DNA of 64,000 bases from Microcoleaceae cyanobacterium (GTDB lineage: Bacteria; Cyanobacteriota; Cyanobacteriia; Cyanobacteriales; Microcoleaceae), in contig JBOFUV010000071.1 of the NCBI GenBank assembly GCA_051652765.1, forward strand, positions 32,001-96,000. Reading direction: 5' to 3'. Positions 1 through 9,399 of the stretch are shown one piece after another. Each line of letters opens with the position of its first letter. Positions within the stretch are counted from its first letter, which is position 1. Position numbers and translations under genes: made by a program. Below the pieces are notes generated by a model. It was not told where the DNA came from. It searched no databases and saw nothing but the letters and a program-made list of their open reading frames with translations.

Positions 1-167
1 CTGGGCTCCCCAATACAAACTGCCTCATCTGCTAGCTGCACATGCAGAGCATGACGGTCAATAGTAGAGTGAACGGCAACGGTTGAAATCCCCAATTCTT
101 CACAGGTGCGGAGAATTCGAAGGGCAATTTCTCCACGATTTGCAATAAGGATTTTTGAAAACTGCAT
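1..167 (-). CDS. accC: Acetyl-CoA carboxylase biotin carboxylase subunit, 5' part (runs off window start)
   Basis: Manual translation from ATG at 167: [55 protein letters not shown], the canonical biotin carboxylase N-terminus. Confidence 0.95.
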   Translation of the reverse strand, partial: MQFSKILIANRGEIALRILRTCEELGISTVAVHSTIDRHALHVQLADEAVCIGEP

Positions 168-369
168 GTTTCTGGCCACTCAATCCCAATTCAGTAAGGA
201 TAAACCGTTTTGACCCATAGGGAAAGAGGAAATGCAAAGAAGGCTGTAATTATTTGTATGATTCTATTGACTTTAGTGTTATGATTTTAATTTGGGAATG
301 AATTATTCAGAGAAGATAGAGTAAGCTTAGCTTCTCAATCTCCTCTGAAGTTTTAATTGAATTTCCCGA

Positions 370-451
370 GCGGATGTGGCGGAATTGGTATACGCGCACG
401 CTTGAGGTGCGTGTGGCTTTAGCCTTGCGAGTTCGAGTCTCGCCATCCGCA
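370..451 (+). tRNA. trnL: tRNA-Leu (anticodon GAG)
   Basis: Acceptor stem GCGGATG/CATCCGC plus discriminator A, D-arm GGCGGAATTGGTATACGC, anticodon arm CACGC-TTGAGGT-GCGTG, long variable arm, T-loop GTTCGAGT; CCA not encoded. Confidence 0.96.
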
Positions 452-498
452 TTATTTTCGTTCAGTCGTTGATTAGATCATCCCTAGTGAGATCATCT

Positions 499-2397
499 TC
501 AAATAATTGAGAACTGGCTTGCCGTCAAGGTGGGTCTGTTCTCAAGGCTCGCTAGGTTAACAGCGGGTTGGCTGCCTGTCCCATCTGGATCAAAGCTCAA
601 GACTCCGCTGGCTGAGTTGTATAAAAAATTGGCACTGTTTCCTACGGGTGAGGCAACTGCACTACTCACAAAGGTTCCAGTTGCTGAAGCTGATGAACTC
701 AAGGCTGTTCCGGCAACCAAGCCACCGCCAAAACCCGTGGCAGAAATCAAAAAGGTATCGCCTTGAGCTGGGGTAAAGTCAGAGATGGAATCCCGGCCTT
801 GGGTTGGAGCAGCGTAGATGAAGCCATCTCCCCCAGCTCCGCCAGTGATGGTATCGCTTCCTGCTTCTCCCTGGAGCGCATTCGCGGCGGTGTTACCAAA
901 CAAGACATCGTTACCGCTGGTGCCGATGGCATTGTTCGGATCGCTGAGGGGCTGGGTTGTTCCGAGTTGGGGCAATAGAGCATTAAGCCAGAACTGGGCA
1001 ATTTTTTCATAACCCGCTACCGTAGGGTGAATTCCGGCATCTAGAGGTGGAGCGGTGATGTCTTCTACGGTTAATCCATTCGGGACAGCGATCATCTCTA
1101 CGAAGGTAATATTGGCTCCTTGCTGGGCATACTGATCAACAAGACCAGGGAGTTGAGCATTAAAGGCTTCCGCATTGAGAATTCGTTCCTCAAATCGACC
1201 ATCCGGTCGAATCGGCGGAATGGTTGACACCAAGAGTTCCCCTGCAAAGCTATTACCATTCAGGATGCTATCCAGGAGATTATCCATTTGGGTAATCATC
1301 CGCTCTGGTGTCCCACTCGCACTGTTTGTCCCGATTAGGAGCAAAATCACATCTGGATTAAAGGTTGGAATCCAGTTGTCAACCCCACTATTGGGAACGT
1401 TATTGCTGCCGCTGTCAATTTGAGTAATGGTGAAGCCCGGATTGCCTTGGTGATCCCGATCGGGAAGATTGTTTGTCCCGTTTGAATTAGACCCAACAAA
1501 ATCTACCGTTAAACCAAAGCTGGTTAAGCGATTGTAGAGCCCAAGGCGATATCCCTCTTCATCAGCTTCTGGCGTTTCAGTATCGACAACGCCTTGAGTA
1601 ATCGAATCTCCCAGGGGCATGATCTGAATCGCATCTGTTAGGTTGGGGATGAACGTAAAACCCTGATCCAGCCGAATAATAGCCCCTTGCCCCGGCGTGG
1701 GAGTGGGTGTTGGAGTAGGAGTTGGGGTTGGGGTTGGGGTTGGGGTGGGTGATGTCAATTGACCAAAGTCAGCTTCAGTAATGGCAGCAGGTTGAATCCC
1801 ATTCAGGACAGCGAGTTCCTCTGAACCCACGGTAATTACGGCTTGATTGGCTCCTCGGGGAAGAATCTGAAGATTGCTGAAACTTAGTCCAGTTGGGAGC
1901 AACATTCGATCGGTGCCATCCTCAAAGTCAGAGATGAAATCGGTCGATAACCCGCTCTGAGGCAGCACAAACAAATCGGCCCCTTCACCCCCTGTTACAA
2001 CATCAATACCGTCGTCCCCAGATACAACATCATTGCCAAAATCGCCAAATAGAATGTCCCCGTCTTGACCTCCGAATAGCCGATCATCGCCATTCCCAGC
2101 CCGCAGGAGGTCTGTGCCAATATTGCCAAACAAAAAGTCACTGTCCGCTTGACCGTCTAGAGTATCGCTATCTCTACCCCCGAATAACGTGTCAAACCCT
2201 GCAGCCCCAGCCAGTTGATCTACACCTTGATTGCCATTAATTTGTTCGCTGTCCGTTGAACCTGAAACGGTGTCGTTCCCGCCCAACATCAAAACCCCCA
2301 AGGGAAAGCCAACAAGCTGTCCAGGGGTTAAAGTCGCAAATTCTGAGGTGTCATCTCCTAGCCACGCTCCGAGTACACTGTTCGGCACTAATACCAT
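499..2397 (-). CDS. RTX-type Ca-binding repeat protein with PT linker and SGNH/GDSL hydrolase domain
   Basis: Many GGxGxD nonapeptides at both ends; (PT)n linker; SGNH blocks PLGDSIT, IGTN, DAGIHP. Start taken at MVLVP (ATG 2397, GGAGA upstream); ORF extends to 2424. Confidence 0.85.
   Translation of the reverse strand: MVLVPNSVLGAWLGDDTSEFATLTPGQLVGFPLGVLMLGGNDTVSGSTDSEQINGNQGVDQLAGAAGFDTLFGGRDSDTLDGQADSDFLFGNIGTDLLRAGNGDDRLFGGQDGDILFGDFGNDVVSGDDGIDVVTGGEGADLFVLPQSGLSTDFISDFEDGTDRMLLPTGLSFSNLQILPRGANQAVITVGSEELAVLNGIQPAAITEADFGQLTSPTPTPTPTPTPTPTPTPTPGQGAIIRLDQGFTFIPNLTDAIQIMPLGDSITQGVVDTETPEADEEGYRLGLYNRLTSFGLTVDFVGSNSNGTNNLPDRDHQGNPGFTITQIDSGSNNVPNSGVDNWIPTFNPDVILLLIGTNSASGTPERMITQMDNLLDSILNGNSFAGELLVSTIPPIRPDGRFEERILNAEAFNAQLPGLVDQYAQQGANITFVEMIAVPNGLTVEDITAPPLDAGIHPTVAGYEKIAQFWLNALLPQLGTTQPLSDPNNAIGTSGNDVLFGNTAANALQGEAGSDTITGGAGGDGFIYAAPTQGRDSISDFTPAQGDTFLISATGFGGGLVAGTALSSSASATGTFVSSAVASPVGNSANFLYNSASGVLSFDPDGTGSQPAVNLASLENRPTLTASQFSII
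1694..1750 (-). repeat. Hexanucleotide tandem repeat encoding Pro-Thr linker
   Basis: GGGGTT-type repeats on + strand encoding SPTPTPTPTPTPTPTPTPTP. Confidence 0.9.
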
Positions 2398-2713
2398 CGT
2401 GATTTTCTCCATTAAAAACCGCAACTCGGGCTCGATGGTAACGATCTCCCCCGGATTGCAGGCAAAATTTTTGGTGTTTTTCTCCCTCCAAGTCTAACAT
2501 TCAGCCTAAAGCAGGTTTATCCGCCTGCATCTCACCTTGTTGCTTCACGTCTCGGACTTTGACTCACCCGTTGATGGTTGAACCAAAGTCCCTCAGCATT
2601 TCAAATAGCGTTTAAGATAATAAACTTCATCAAAAATCTCGAAGTTTATAGCGTAGTTCTCTAACTGGAAATTTATAAGACTTATAGGTTGTTCAGCATT
2701 AACTTATACTCAC

Positions 2714-2749
2714 ATTCAAATTAGATTGCTACAGAAATCTAATTTGAAT
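2714..2749. repeat. Perfect 14-bp inverted repeat with 8-nt spacer
   Basis: ATTCAAATTAGATT-GCTACAGA-AATCTAATTTGAAT in the divergent intergenic region. Confidence 0.85.
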
Positions 2750-2964
2750 CGTGGACGTTAGATCGGGATTTTATCTGAGCAAGCTAAAGTCTGCACGAAC
2801 TTTCATCAACTATGAACTTTCACAAAGAACTTTCACAAACCATTTGGGATTTCTGTAGAGGATTACTATGGTTTTGTAAAATTTTGCAGAATTGTTCCAG
2901 CCAACCCCTTATACTAAAAGTCTGTTAACATTAGCTAACCTTTCAGGCTGCGTTTCTTCAGTCT

Positions 2965-4782
2965 TTGTCTCTACATATCTTTGGTTTTGAGCTAATCACT
3001 AGTTGCAGCACGATTGGGATGTGCTTGCTTGGGCGTTGTTCAGTTAGGCTGCGTCCAGTTAAACTGCGTTCAGTTAAACATTATTCAATTCTCGGGTCGC
3101 TGTTTTCATTGATTCCAGCTTTCATCCTTGGTTCTTCCCCTAGTCTAGCCCAGCCGCCGTTGCCCAATGTTCCACAGCCTTTATCGCCTCAACCCTCAAT
3201 TCCAGAGCTTCAACTTCCCCAACCTCTGCCTGTTCCCGAAGAACTCCTCCCTGCTCCAAACCCTGTTCTGATACCGGATGAAGATACCCTGCCAGGGTCA
3301 GAAACGATTACGGTACAACGCTTTAGGTTTACGGGCAATACTGCATTTAGTCAGGCAGAGTTAGGCAAAGTCACTGAACCTTTTGTAGGACGACCCATCA
3401 GTTTTGCAGAACTGTTGCAAGCTCGCTCGGCAATTACTGATTTTTATGTTCAGAACGGCTACATTACTTCTGGGGCCTTGATTCCACCCCAGACCTTCCA
3501 AGACGGAGCGGTTACCATTCAAGTGGTTGAAGGAGAAGTTGCAGAAATCAACGTCACGACGACAGGTCGCCTCAACCCCAACTATGTGCGCCAACGGTTA
3601 GCCCTGGCAACGGCCCAGCCCTTGAACTACAACCGACTCTTGGAAGCATTGCAACTGCTGCAACTCAACCCTTTGATCGAAACGATTTCTGCCGAATTAT
3701 CAACTGGAGTGAATCCGGGAGAGAGTATTCTGAATGTTAGATTTGAAACGGCAGACACCTTTCGGTTAGGACTATTTGCTGACAATACTCGCCCCCCGAG
3801 CGTCGGTACTTTTCGCCGAGGCATTGAGATCGCAGAATCCAATTTATTCGGTCAAGGGGATGGCCTGCACTTGACCTACAGCAACACGGACGGCAGTAAT
3901 ACGGTGGATGCTCTGTACCTGTTTCCAATCAATGCCCGCAACGGAGCCATTGAATTTTACGTTAACTACACCGATAGTCAGGTGGTGGAGCCGCCTTTCG
4001 AGGATCTGGAGATTGAGGCCAATAGTCGGACGTATGAAATCCGTTATCGTCAACCGATATTTCAGACTCCCACAGAAGAACTGGCCCTGGGAATTGTCCT
4101 GGCCCGTCGTGAAAGTGATACTGCAATTGCCGGAGTGAATGCGCCGCTCTCCAGAGGGGCAGATGCAGAAGGCAAAACTCGTCTTTCAATTGTCAGACTT
4201 TCCCAGGACTATGTGAATCGCACTGCCGCACAAGTCTTTGCGGTGCGATCGCAGTTTAGTTTTGGGGTTGGGCTGCTGGATGCTACCCTGAATGGCAATC
4301 AGCCAGATAGTGAGTATTTTGCGTGGAGAGGTCAAGCCCAATGGTTGCGAGCCCTGGCTCCAGACACCCTGTTGCTAGTGCGCTCGGATATCCAGCTTTC
4401 GACTGAAGAACTCGTTCCTTTAGAGCAAATTGGGCTGGGGGGATTTGAGACGGTTCGGGGATATCGCCAAGATTTGCTCCTGAGAGATAATGCCCTGTTT
4501 GCTTCAGCAGAGTTGCGCTATCCGATTCTGAAAACCTCTGACAACAAGAGTATTTTGCACCTGACTCCGTTTGTGGATTTTGGACAAGCCTGGAGCAACG
4601 ACAGTGACTTTGAACTGGAGCCTAGGACGTTGTTGTCCATGGGGTTGGGACTGCGGTGGCAATATACCGATCAACTGATCATTCGCGCTGATTGGGGAAT
4701 TCCACTCCTGGAGGTAGATGATCGCGATCGCACTCTCCAGGAGCAAGGGCTGTATTTTTCAGTCGAGTGGTGGCCCTTATGA
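2965..4782 (+). CDS. ShlB/FhaC/HecB family two-partner secretion transporter (TpsB, Omp85 superfamily)
   Basis: Pro-rich N-terminus, POTRA segment (FTGNTAFS...ITDFYVQNGYITSGA), VRGY motif, C-terminal beta-barrel; true start probably downstream. Confidence 0.9.
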   Translation: MSLHIFGFELITSCSTIGMCLLGRCSVRLRPVKLRSVKHYSILGSLFSLIPAFILGSSPSLAQPPLPNVPQPLSPQPSIPELQLPQPLPVPEELLPAPNPVLIPDEDTLPGSETITVQRFRFTGNTAFSQAELGKVTEPFVGRPISFAELLQARSAITDFYVQNGYITSGALIPPQTFQDGAVTIQVVEGEVAEINVTTTGRLNPNYVRQRLALATAQPLNYNRLLEALQLLQLNPLIETISAELSTGVNPGESILNVRFETADTFRLGLFADNTRPPSVGTFRRGIEIAESNLFGQGDGLHLTYSNTDGSNTVDALYLFPINARNGAIEFYVNYTDSQVVEPPFEDLEIEANSRTYEIRYRQPIFQTPTEELALGIVLARRESDTAIAGVNAPLSRGADAEGKTRLSIVRLSQDYVNRTAAQVFAVRSQFSFGVGLLDATLNGNQPDSEYFAWRGQAQWLRALAPDTLLLVRSDIQLSTEELVPLEQIGLGGFETVRGYRQDLLLRDNALFASAELRYPILKTSDNKSILHLTPFVDFGQAWSNDSDFELEPRTLLSMGLGLRWQYTDQLIIRADWGIPLLEVDDRDRTLQEQGLYFSVEWWPL

Positions 4783-4787
4783 ATCAG

Positions 4788-5117
4788 CTAGATATCATCT
4801 TGATCCAGAGCAGGGGAATTTTCAACCTCGGTAGGCATTCGGGTTTCCTCGTCTTGACTGCGAGTCATTAGATTTTCAGCCACAATTGCTTCCAAGTCTA
4901 GATCAACCGTATGGGCAATGTTGGCCAAAAACCAGAGGCAATCTGCCAAGTGTTGCTTGAATTTGTTGAGGTAAATATCCTCTAATACCTGCAATTTTTT
5001 GGCCTGAGTATTAATTTCTCGGGCCTCCTGTTCCAAGCCGATGGCACAGAGTTTGTAAAATTTGGTGGCAGCAATTTCTTGATGGGTTGCTTTATTCTGA
5101 TAATCTCTGAAGTCCAT
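4788..5117 (-). CDS. MazG-like all-alpha NTP pyrophosphohydrolase family protein (degenerate)
   Basis: MDFRDYQ start, GLEQEAREI and LADCLWFLANIA...DLEAIVAENL resemble the MazG-like consensus. Confidence 0.6.
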   Translation of the reverse strand: MDFRDYQNKATHQEIAATKFYKLCAIGLEQEAREINTQAKKLQVLEDIYLNKFKQHLADCLWFLANIAHTVDLDLEAIVAENLMTRSQDEETRMPTEVENSPALDQDDI

Positions 5118-5256
5118 CCGTTGATGCTCTCTGCGAAAAGTTCTGTTGGGTTAACTGTATTGAATTGCCTGTGTTGAATGACTTCAAGCTAGGTTCTTGA
5201 TTATACGATCTGAAGTTGATCAATGAACTCAACCCTGACATTTGGGACTCAATCTC

Positions 5257-5322
5257 TGGGAGTTAACGCTTGGGAGTTAACGCTCAGGAGTTAACGCTTA
5301 GGAGTTAACGCTTGGGAGTTAA
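5257..5322. repeat. 14-bp tandem repeat (TGGGAGTTAACGCT) x ~4.7
   Basis: Units at 5257, 5271, 5285, 5299 and a partial at 5313. Confidence 0.9.
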
Positions 5323-5948
5323 TTCCTAGGAAGTCCACAGGAAACTGGTGTACCGTTCAGAGCCCGTAATGAACAGATGGTTGCCTCAGCTCGATTTCGT
5401 CTCACTTGTTCATCTGTGATGGGTGTTGACTGTCTAAAAAACCGTCGCTGAGGACGGCTTGGACGGTAACTATCATCAAAACAGGCCATTCCTCCTTTGT
5501 GCTGTGTATAGCACTCGAACTGTTCTGGAGAAGGAATCAGAATTGCTGTGTTAGAACCGGGCCTGACCTCTGACAGGGATCGGATAATCTCCGGTCTGGC
5601 ATTCTCGATCTCACCTCTAGGCCCTTCTTCCCCTGGATTTGTTGCCCGTGATTCAGGGGTGCTTTCGCGATTCTGAGGTCGCGGGGTGGAGGACGGAAAT
5701 TCTGGGAGCCGCCTGAATAGAGAGTCCTGCTCCGGCTGAGGACTTTGTGAAGAACCCGGGCGATTATCCTGCAAATCAAGGGTTGGACTTGAATTCAGCA
5801 AATAAAACGCAGTACTTCCCAAAAGCAGCAATCCTGAAGCAACTGCTAGAGGTTTAGCCACAATTGCTCCGTCCCGTTGCCAAGTTCTAGACCTTAATGA
5901 ATCTGGCTGAATTGGTTTCTTACTCATAATGACTGAATTATTGATCAA
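5319..5948 (-). CDS. Hypothetical protein with N-terminal transmembrane segment
   Basis: 209-aa ORF, hydrophobic stretch LAVASGLLLLGSTAFYLL, Pro/Ser-rich middle, Cys pairs near C-terminus. Confidence 0.55.
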   Translation of the reverse strand: MINNSVIMSKKPIQPDSLRSRTWQRDGAIVAKPLAVASGLLLLGSTAFYLLNSSPTLDLQDNRPGSSQSPQPEQDSLFRRLPEFPSSTPRPQNRESTPESRATNPGEEGPRGEIENARPEIIRSLSEVRPGSNTAILIPSPEQFECYTQHKGGMACFDDSYRPSRPQRRFFRQSTPITDEQVRRNRAEATICSLRALNGTPVSCGLPRN

Positions 5949-5971
5949 TGAATAAATAAACGAATACGAGA

Positions 5972-6084
5972 TATAGCAATTTCAAATGATCCATGAAATA
6001 GGGTAAAGAGCCGTTACCCCGGCTTGAGAATCTTGTCCTCAAACCCCTTGTTCATTTTTTGATGATTGATTTAGGATGGCCATA
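5972..6084. mobile_element. Degenerate MITE-like dispersed repeat (TATAGCAAT... ends)
   Basis: TATAGCAATTTCAAAT at left, imperfect complement ATTTAGGATGGCCATA at right; similar ends at 17377-17444. Confidence 0.4.
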
Positions 6085-6158
6085 TCTAAAGGATTGACTT
6101 TATTATTGACGTTCTCCCAGGTGATGTCTACCAATCATTTAAATTCATTTAAGTTCAT

Positions 6159-6656
6159 TTAAATAACTTGACTAATATTCTGGGCCATCACACTTCCCCT
6201 CTCACACTCCTGCTTTGTCACCTGATGACGGTAACGGAACATGTCCTCTAGGCGCTGCTGGGCCCACCATCCGAGCAGTTGTTCAATCACCCATCCCCCT
6301 GGAATTGAGAACGCGATCGCATCAGTCAGCCGAGTTTGACTTTCTCCTTGTGAATCCTGTTCTGCTGAGAATTGATGACGATGAGTCCAACTCTCCAGTG
6401 GCCCTTCTCGCTGTTCATCTGTAAATAAATAAGGGCGATCGCACTCTGTGTGTATTGCCAACCAGGGCACTGGAACTGGGCCTAGCATAATCCGAAATTC
6501 TGTCATTGCGCCGACATCTAAACCTCCTTCCCGGCGCACCACCTCTACAGGTTGCCAAGGCGGGGTTAACAGATGCAAAATATCAGGCCGTTCATGAAAT
6601 TGCCAAACGGTTTCAATCGGAGTATTGATTAACGAAGAGTACTGGAAATAGAGCAT
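6159..6656 (-). CDS. SRPBCC (START-like/cyclase) family protein
   Basis: VWQFHERPDIL..LTPPW, FTDEQREGP..SWTHRHQF, FRYRHQ motifs. Confidence 0.85.
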   Translation of the reverse strand: MLYFQYSSLINTPIETVWQFHERPDILHLLTPPWQPVEVVRREGGLDVGAMTEFRIMLGPVPVPWLAIHTECDRPYLFTDEQREGPLESWTHRHQFSAEQDSQGESQTRLTDAIAFSIPGGWVIEQLLGWWAQQRLEDMFRYRHQVTKQECERGSVMAQNISQVI

Positions 6657-6714
6657 GGCAGGACTTAGCTTGTACTAACAATTTGTACTAATCATTCACG
6701 CTAATGCACACTTT

Positions 6715-7716
6715 CTAAGATCGATAAGGCGACTGACAACCAATGGTAATCTCTTGGATTTGAGGGTAACTCTGCAAGAGTTGCAGAAATAACGATTGAT
6801 CAAAGCTACGGGGATCAGCTCGTTGTCCAGAGCGGTCAACAGCTTTATGGGTTGTGATCCGATCCATTGGCACTCCAGTCCGAGAAACAATCCAAGCTAA
6901 AGAGCGATACTGTTCTGAGGTATATCCACTGTGAGATGGGCCATTTTTATAGCCATCGGGGGGACTCTCCAGGGAAACGTGATAGGCAAAATTATTTACA
7001 GATGGCGGATGTTTGGGATCGGTTTGAACGGTTTCTGATCCTGTTGGCCCTGCAAACACCGAGTTACCGGCCCCAAATGCTCTCAAGTCGGGCGGAACGG
7101 TGTAAACAACGTCTCCCGTACGAGTGATTAACGTGTGATAGCTTGCCTGCTCCTCTTCGGAGGTATGGTAGGTTTGAAAGAACTGAATTGTGCTTTGGGC
7201 GCTAGCTGCCGTTTCATGAATCACAATAATAGGATAGTTACTGGTTGGTTTGCCCTTTAAATCGTAGAGATAGCGTTGACCATAGTTGGTTCGATTGGCG
7301 ATCGCTTGGTATTCAGGCGGATCATCCGTGGATTGAGCAACCGCCCGAGCATCTTGCCAGTTCTCAGGTCGCCGAAATCGGTACAGGGAGGCAGGAGATT
7401 CAATTTCAGGGCCAAGTTCAATAGCCGCATTTTTTTGAGGACTGGGCTTGATGCCACAAGTTGCCACACTGCCTACATTTTTACTGGCTGGATCAGAATC
7501 AGTCACTTCTTGATTCATAGCTTTTGCCTGATCTGCAGTTTCTTGAATCCCAGAATCTGGGTCAACAACCTCGATAGGCTCAGGAGAAAGGGTGGAAAAC
7601 CCTTGAATATTGATTGAACCAGAAGCCTCTAGCTTGGAAACATCCAGCTTAATTGTAAAAATCAGGGTTACCAAACTCAAGGCCAAAAGCACTAGGGTTG
7701 TAAGCTTCAGTTTCAT
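6715..7716 (-). CDS. N-acetylmuramoyl-L-alanine amidase (Amidase_2 family)
   Basis: Signal/anchor N-terminus; IVIHET, ASYH, ITTHKAVD..RADP Zn-binding motifs. Confidence 0.88.
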   Translation of the reverse strand: MKLKLTTLVLLALSLVTLIFTIKLDVSKLEASGSINIQGFSTLSPEPIEVVDPDSGIQETADQAKAMNQEVTDSDPASKNVGSVATCGIKPSPQKNAAIELGPEIESPASLYRFRRPENWQDARAVAQSTDDPPEYQAIANRTNYGQRYLYDLKGKPTSNYPIIVIHETAASAQSTIQFFQTYHTSEEEQASYHTLITRTGDVVYTVPPDLRAFGAGNSVFAGPTGSETVQTDPKHPPSVNNFAYHVSLESPPDGYKNGPSHSGYTSEQYRSLAWIVSRTGVPMDRITTHKAVDRSGQRADPRSFDQSLFLQLLQSYPQIQEITIGCQSPYRS

Positions 7717-7836
7717 GAACAGGCAAAGCCAAGGTAAGATTGCTTCACCCTAGTATATCCAATGCTGCTCTGAAAGCTCAGACGGGATTGATCAGGATTG
7801 CTCAGTCTTGAGGGTTGGGCCGTTGGGTGTGAGAGG

Positions 7837-8196
7837 TTAGGAATCGGATGTTGGGGGCAAACCGATACAGTAGTACAAATTCATCACCGCTTCAAAGGCC
7901 CAATCTGTCGGCAGAACATCCGCAAAAGGAATGGGCAATAAATCGTAGCGCCTCTCTCTACAGGCTGCTCGGAGTTCTGCTTCAGTCAGTTGTAGATTGA
8001 GTTGGGGACTTGGTTGGAGATTGGATTCAGGTCGAGGACTCCCCTGTTCTGGGGTCTGACCTAGAACGACCAGAAGATCCGACCGTTGAGCTTCGGATTG
8101 AGCCACTTTAGCCACTGTGTAATCTAAAGTCAGGATTGTTAGAACCAGGACGGCTAAAGTACAACATTCACGTTGTTTCAATCCAATTTGCTTCAT
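7837..8196 (-). CDS. Small exported protein with partial S-layer homology (SLH) motif
   Basis: N-terminal hydrophobic segment; PFADVLPTDWAFEAVMNL matches the SLH FxDV..xxWA start. Confidence 0.6.
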   Translation of the reverse strand: MKQIGLKQRECCTLAVLVLTILTLDYTVAKVAQSEAQRSDLLVVLGQTPEQGSPRPESNLQPSPQLNLQLTEAELRAACRERRYDLLPIPFADVLPTDWAFEAVMNLYYCIGLPPTSDS

Positions 8197-8226
8197 GACG
8201 TTATGGTGGTTGTAGACGTTATGGTT

Positions 8227-9249
8227 CTAGCAGTGAGCAATAGAAACCGGATGAACCGATTGAGGCAGAGATAATTCTGAACCCTGAGGACAGAAGTCGG
8301 AAATTTGGCAGATGTTTGTTAGCGTCACTTCTGGCTTATCGCGGTACATCACAACGCGACCACTAATGTAGACATACCCTCGTCCCAAACCCGAGTAGCG
8401 CCGTTGAATCAGATGAACCAAGGGAGCATTTTTTTCGAGCTTGGCTTCTGGAATCCACAGCTTGACAATATGATCCTTTGAACCAGTATGAATCAGAGCA
8501 CCACTGCCAATCCACTTGGTCACACCATCCTGTAAATCACAGAAAATCGTCACCCATTTTCCCTGAGCCGCTGCACTCAAAATCTGAGGATAGTCTAACC
8601 GTACCGACAACACCCCGACTGGAATGCCATTGATGCGGTAGTCTTGAGTGATAGAGTCCCGCAACGACCACCAAGGCATCAACAGATCATAGTTTCGACC
8701 CATGCCATTGTGATGATTATCTGGATGCCAGATCACTTTGTGATGGGCCTGAGCTTCAGCCTCTGCGTTCATCATTTGTTGATGATATTCCTGCGATCGC
8801 CCATATTTAATAAAGTAAGGGCTCCATCCTTCTCGAACCAATTTTAAATTGTAGTTTTCAAAGTTGCAGTTTTCGTCTGCTTTATGGACATAACAAATTA
8901 AGCGACCATGTCCATCGCGATATTTCTCCAGGCAGACTTCAACGGACTCATTGCCATCAAACTCAAGGTCAACCTGAACTAGTTCATCTTCTGAAGCCGA
9001 AAAATACTGCTTGGCCATCTCCGTCGCCGCAATTCCAGCTTCTGTAACAGGCTTTGTTCCATTCGGAAAAGATTCTTCAGTATCGACACAGTGTAACCTC
9101 AAGAACTCTCGCTGATTATTCAACAAAACCTTGATTGTATCCCCGTCCACAACTCTTGTAACTTGGAGATTTTTAATCCGAGTTCCCACAGTATTGACCC
9201 AGTTCAAACTGAACAATAAAAGTGAGTTTATAGTAGCACACACCTTCAA
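8227..9249 (-). CDS. Thermonuclease (staphylococcal nuclease-like) family protein with C-terminal extra domain
   Basis: VVDGDTI, LRLHCVDTEE, RDGHGRLICYV, NLKLVREGW; likely start GTG 9189. Confidence 0.85.
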   Translation of the reverse strand: MKVCATINSLLLFSLNWVNTVGTRIKNLQVTRVVDGDTIKVLLNNQREFLRLHCVDTEESFPNGTKPVTEAGIAATEMAKQYFSASEDELVQVDLEFDGNESVEVCLEKYRDGHGRLICYVHKADENCNFENYNLKLVREGWSPYFIKYGRSQEYHQQMMNAEAEAQAHHKVIWHPDNHHNGMGRNYDLLMPWWSLRDSITQDYRINGIPVGVLSVRLDYPQILSAAAQGKWVTIFCDLQDGVTKWIGSGALIHTGSKDHIVKLWIPEAKLEKNAPLVHLIQRRYSGLGRGYVYISGRVVMYRDKPEVTLTNICQISDFCPQGSELSLPQSVHPVSIAHC

Positions 9250-9399
9250 AAAAACTGTGTAAGTATTGATTTCGCTCCAAAAAAGTTGTGAGTCTTAAAA
9301 AAAATTGAGGTTTCGTAATGAATCACTTTAAAACATAATTTTGAGTAGGCAAAGTGCGGGGTGATTATCCTACTGTTTCTATGCTGAAGTCAGCTCTCC

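Noticed and set aside
370..498. tRNA-Leu as an island integration site
   Set aside because: No duplicated tRNA 3' end or integrase seen in the window
5257..5322. CRISPR or iteron interpretation of the 14-bp repeats (also 17262-17323)
   Set aside because: Head-to-tail units with no spacers; best explained as slippage duplications
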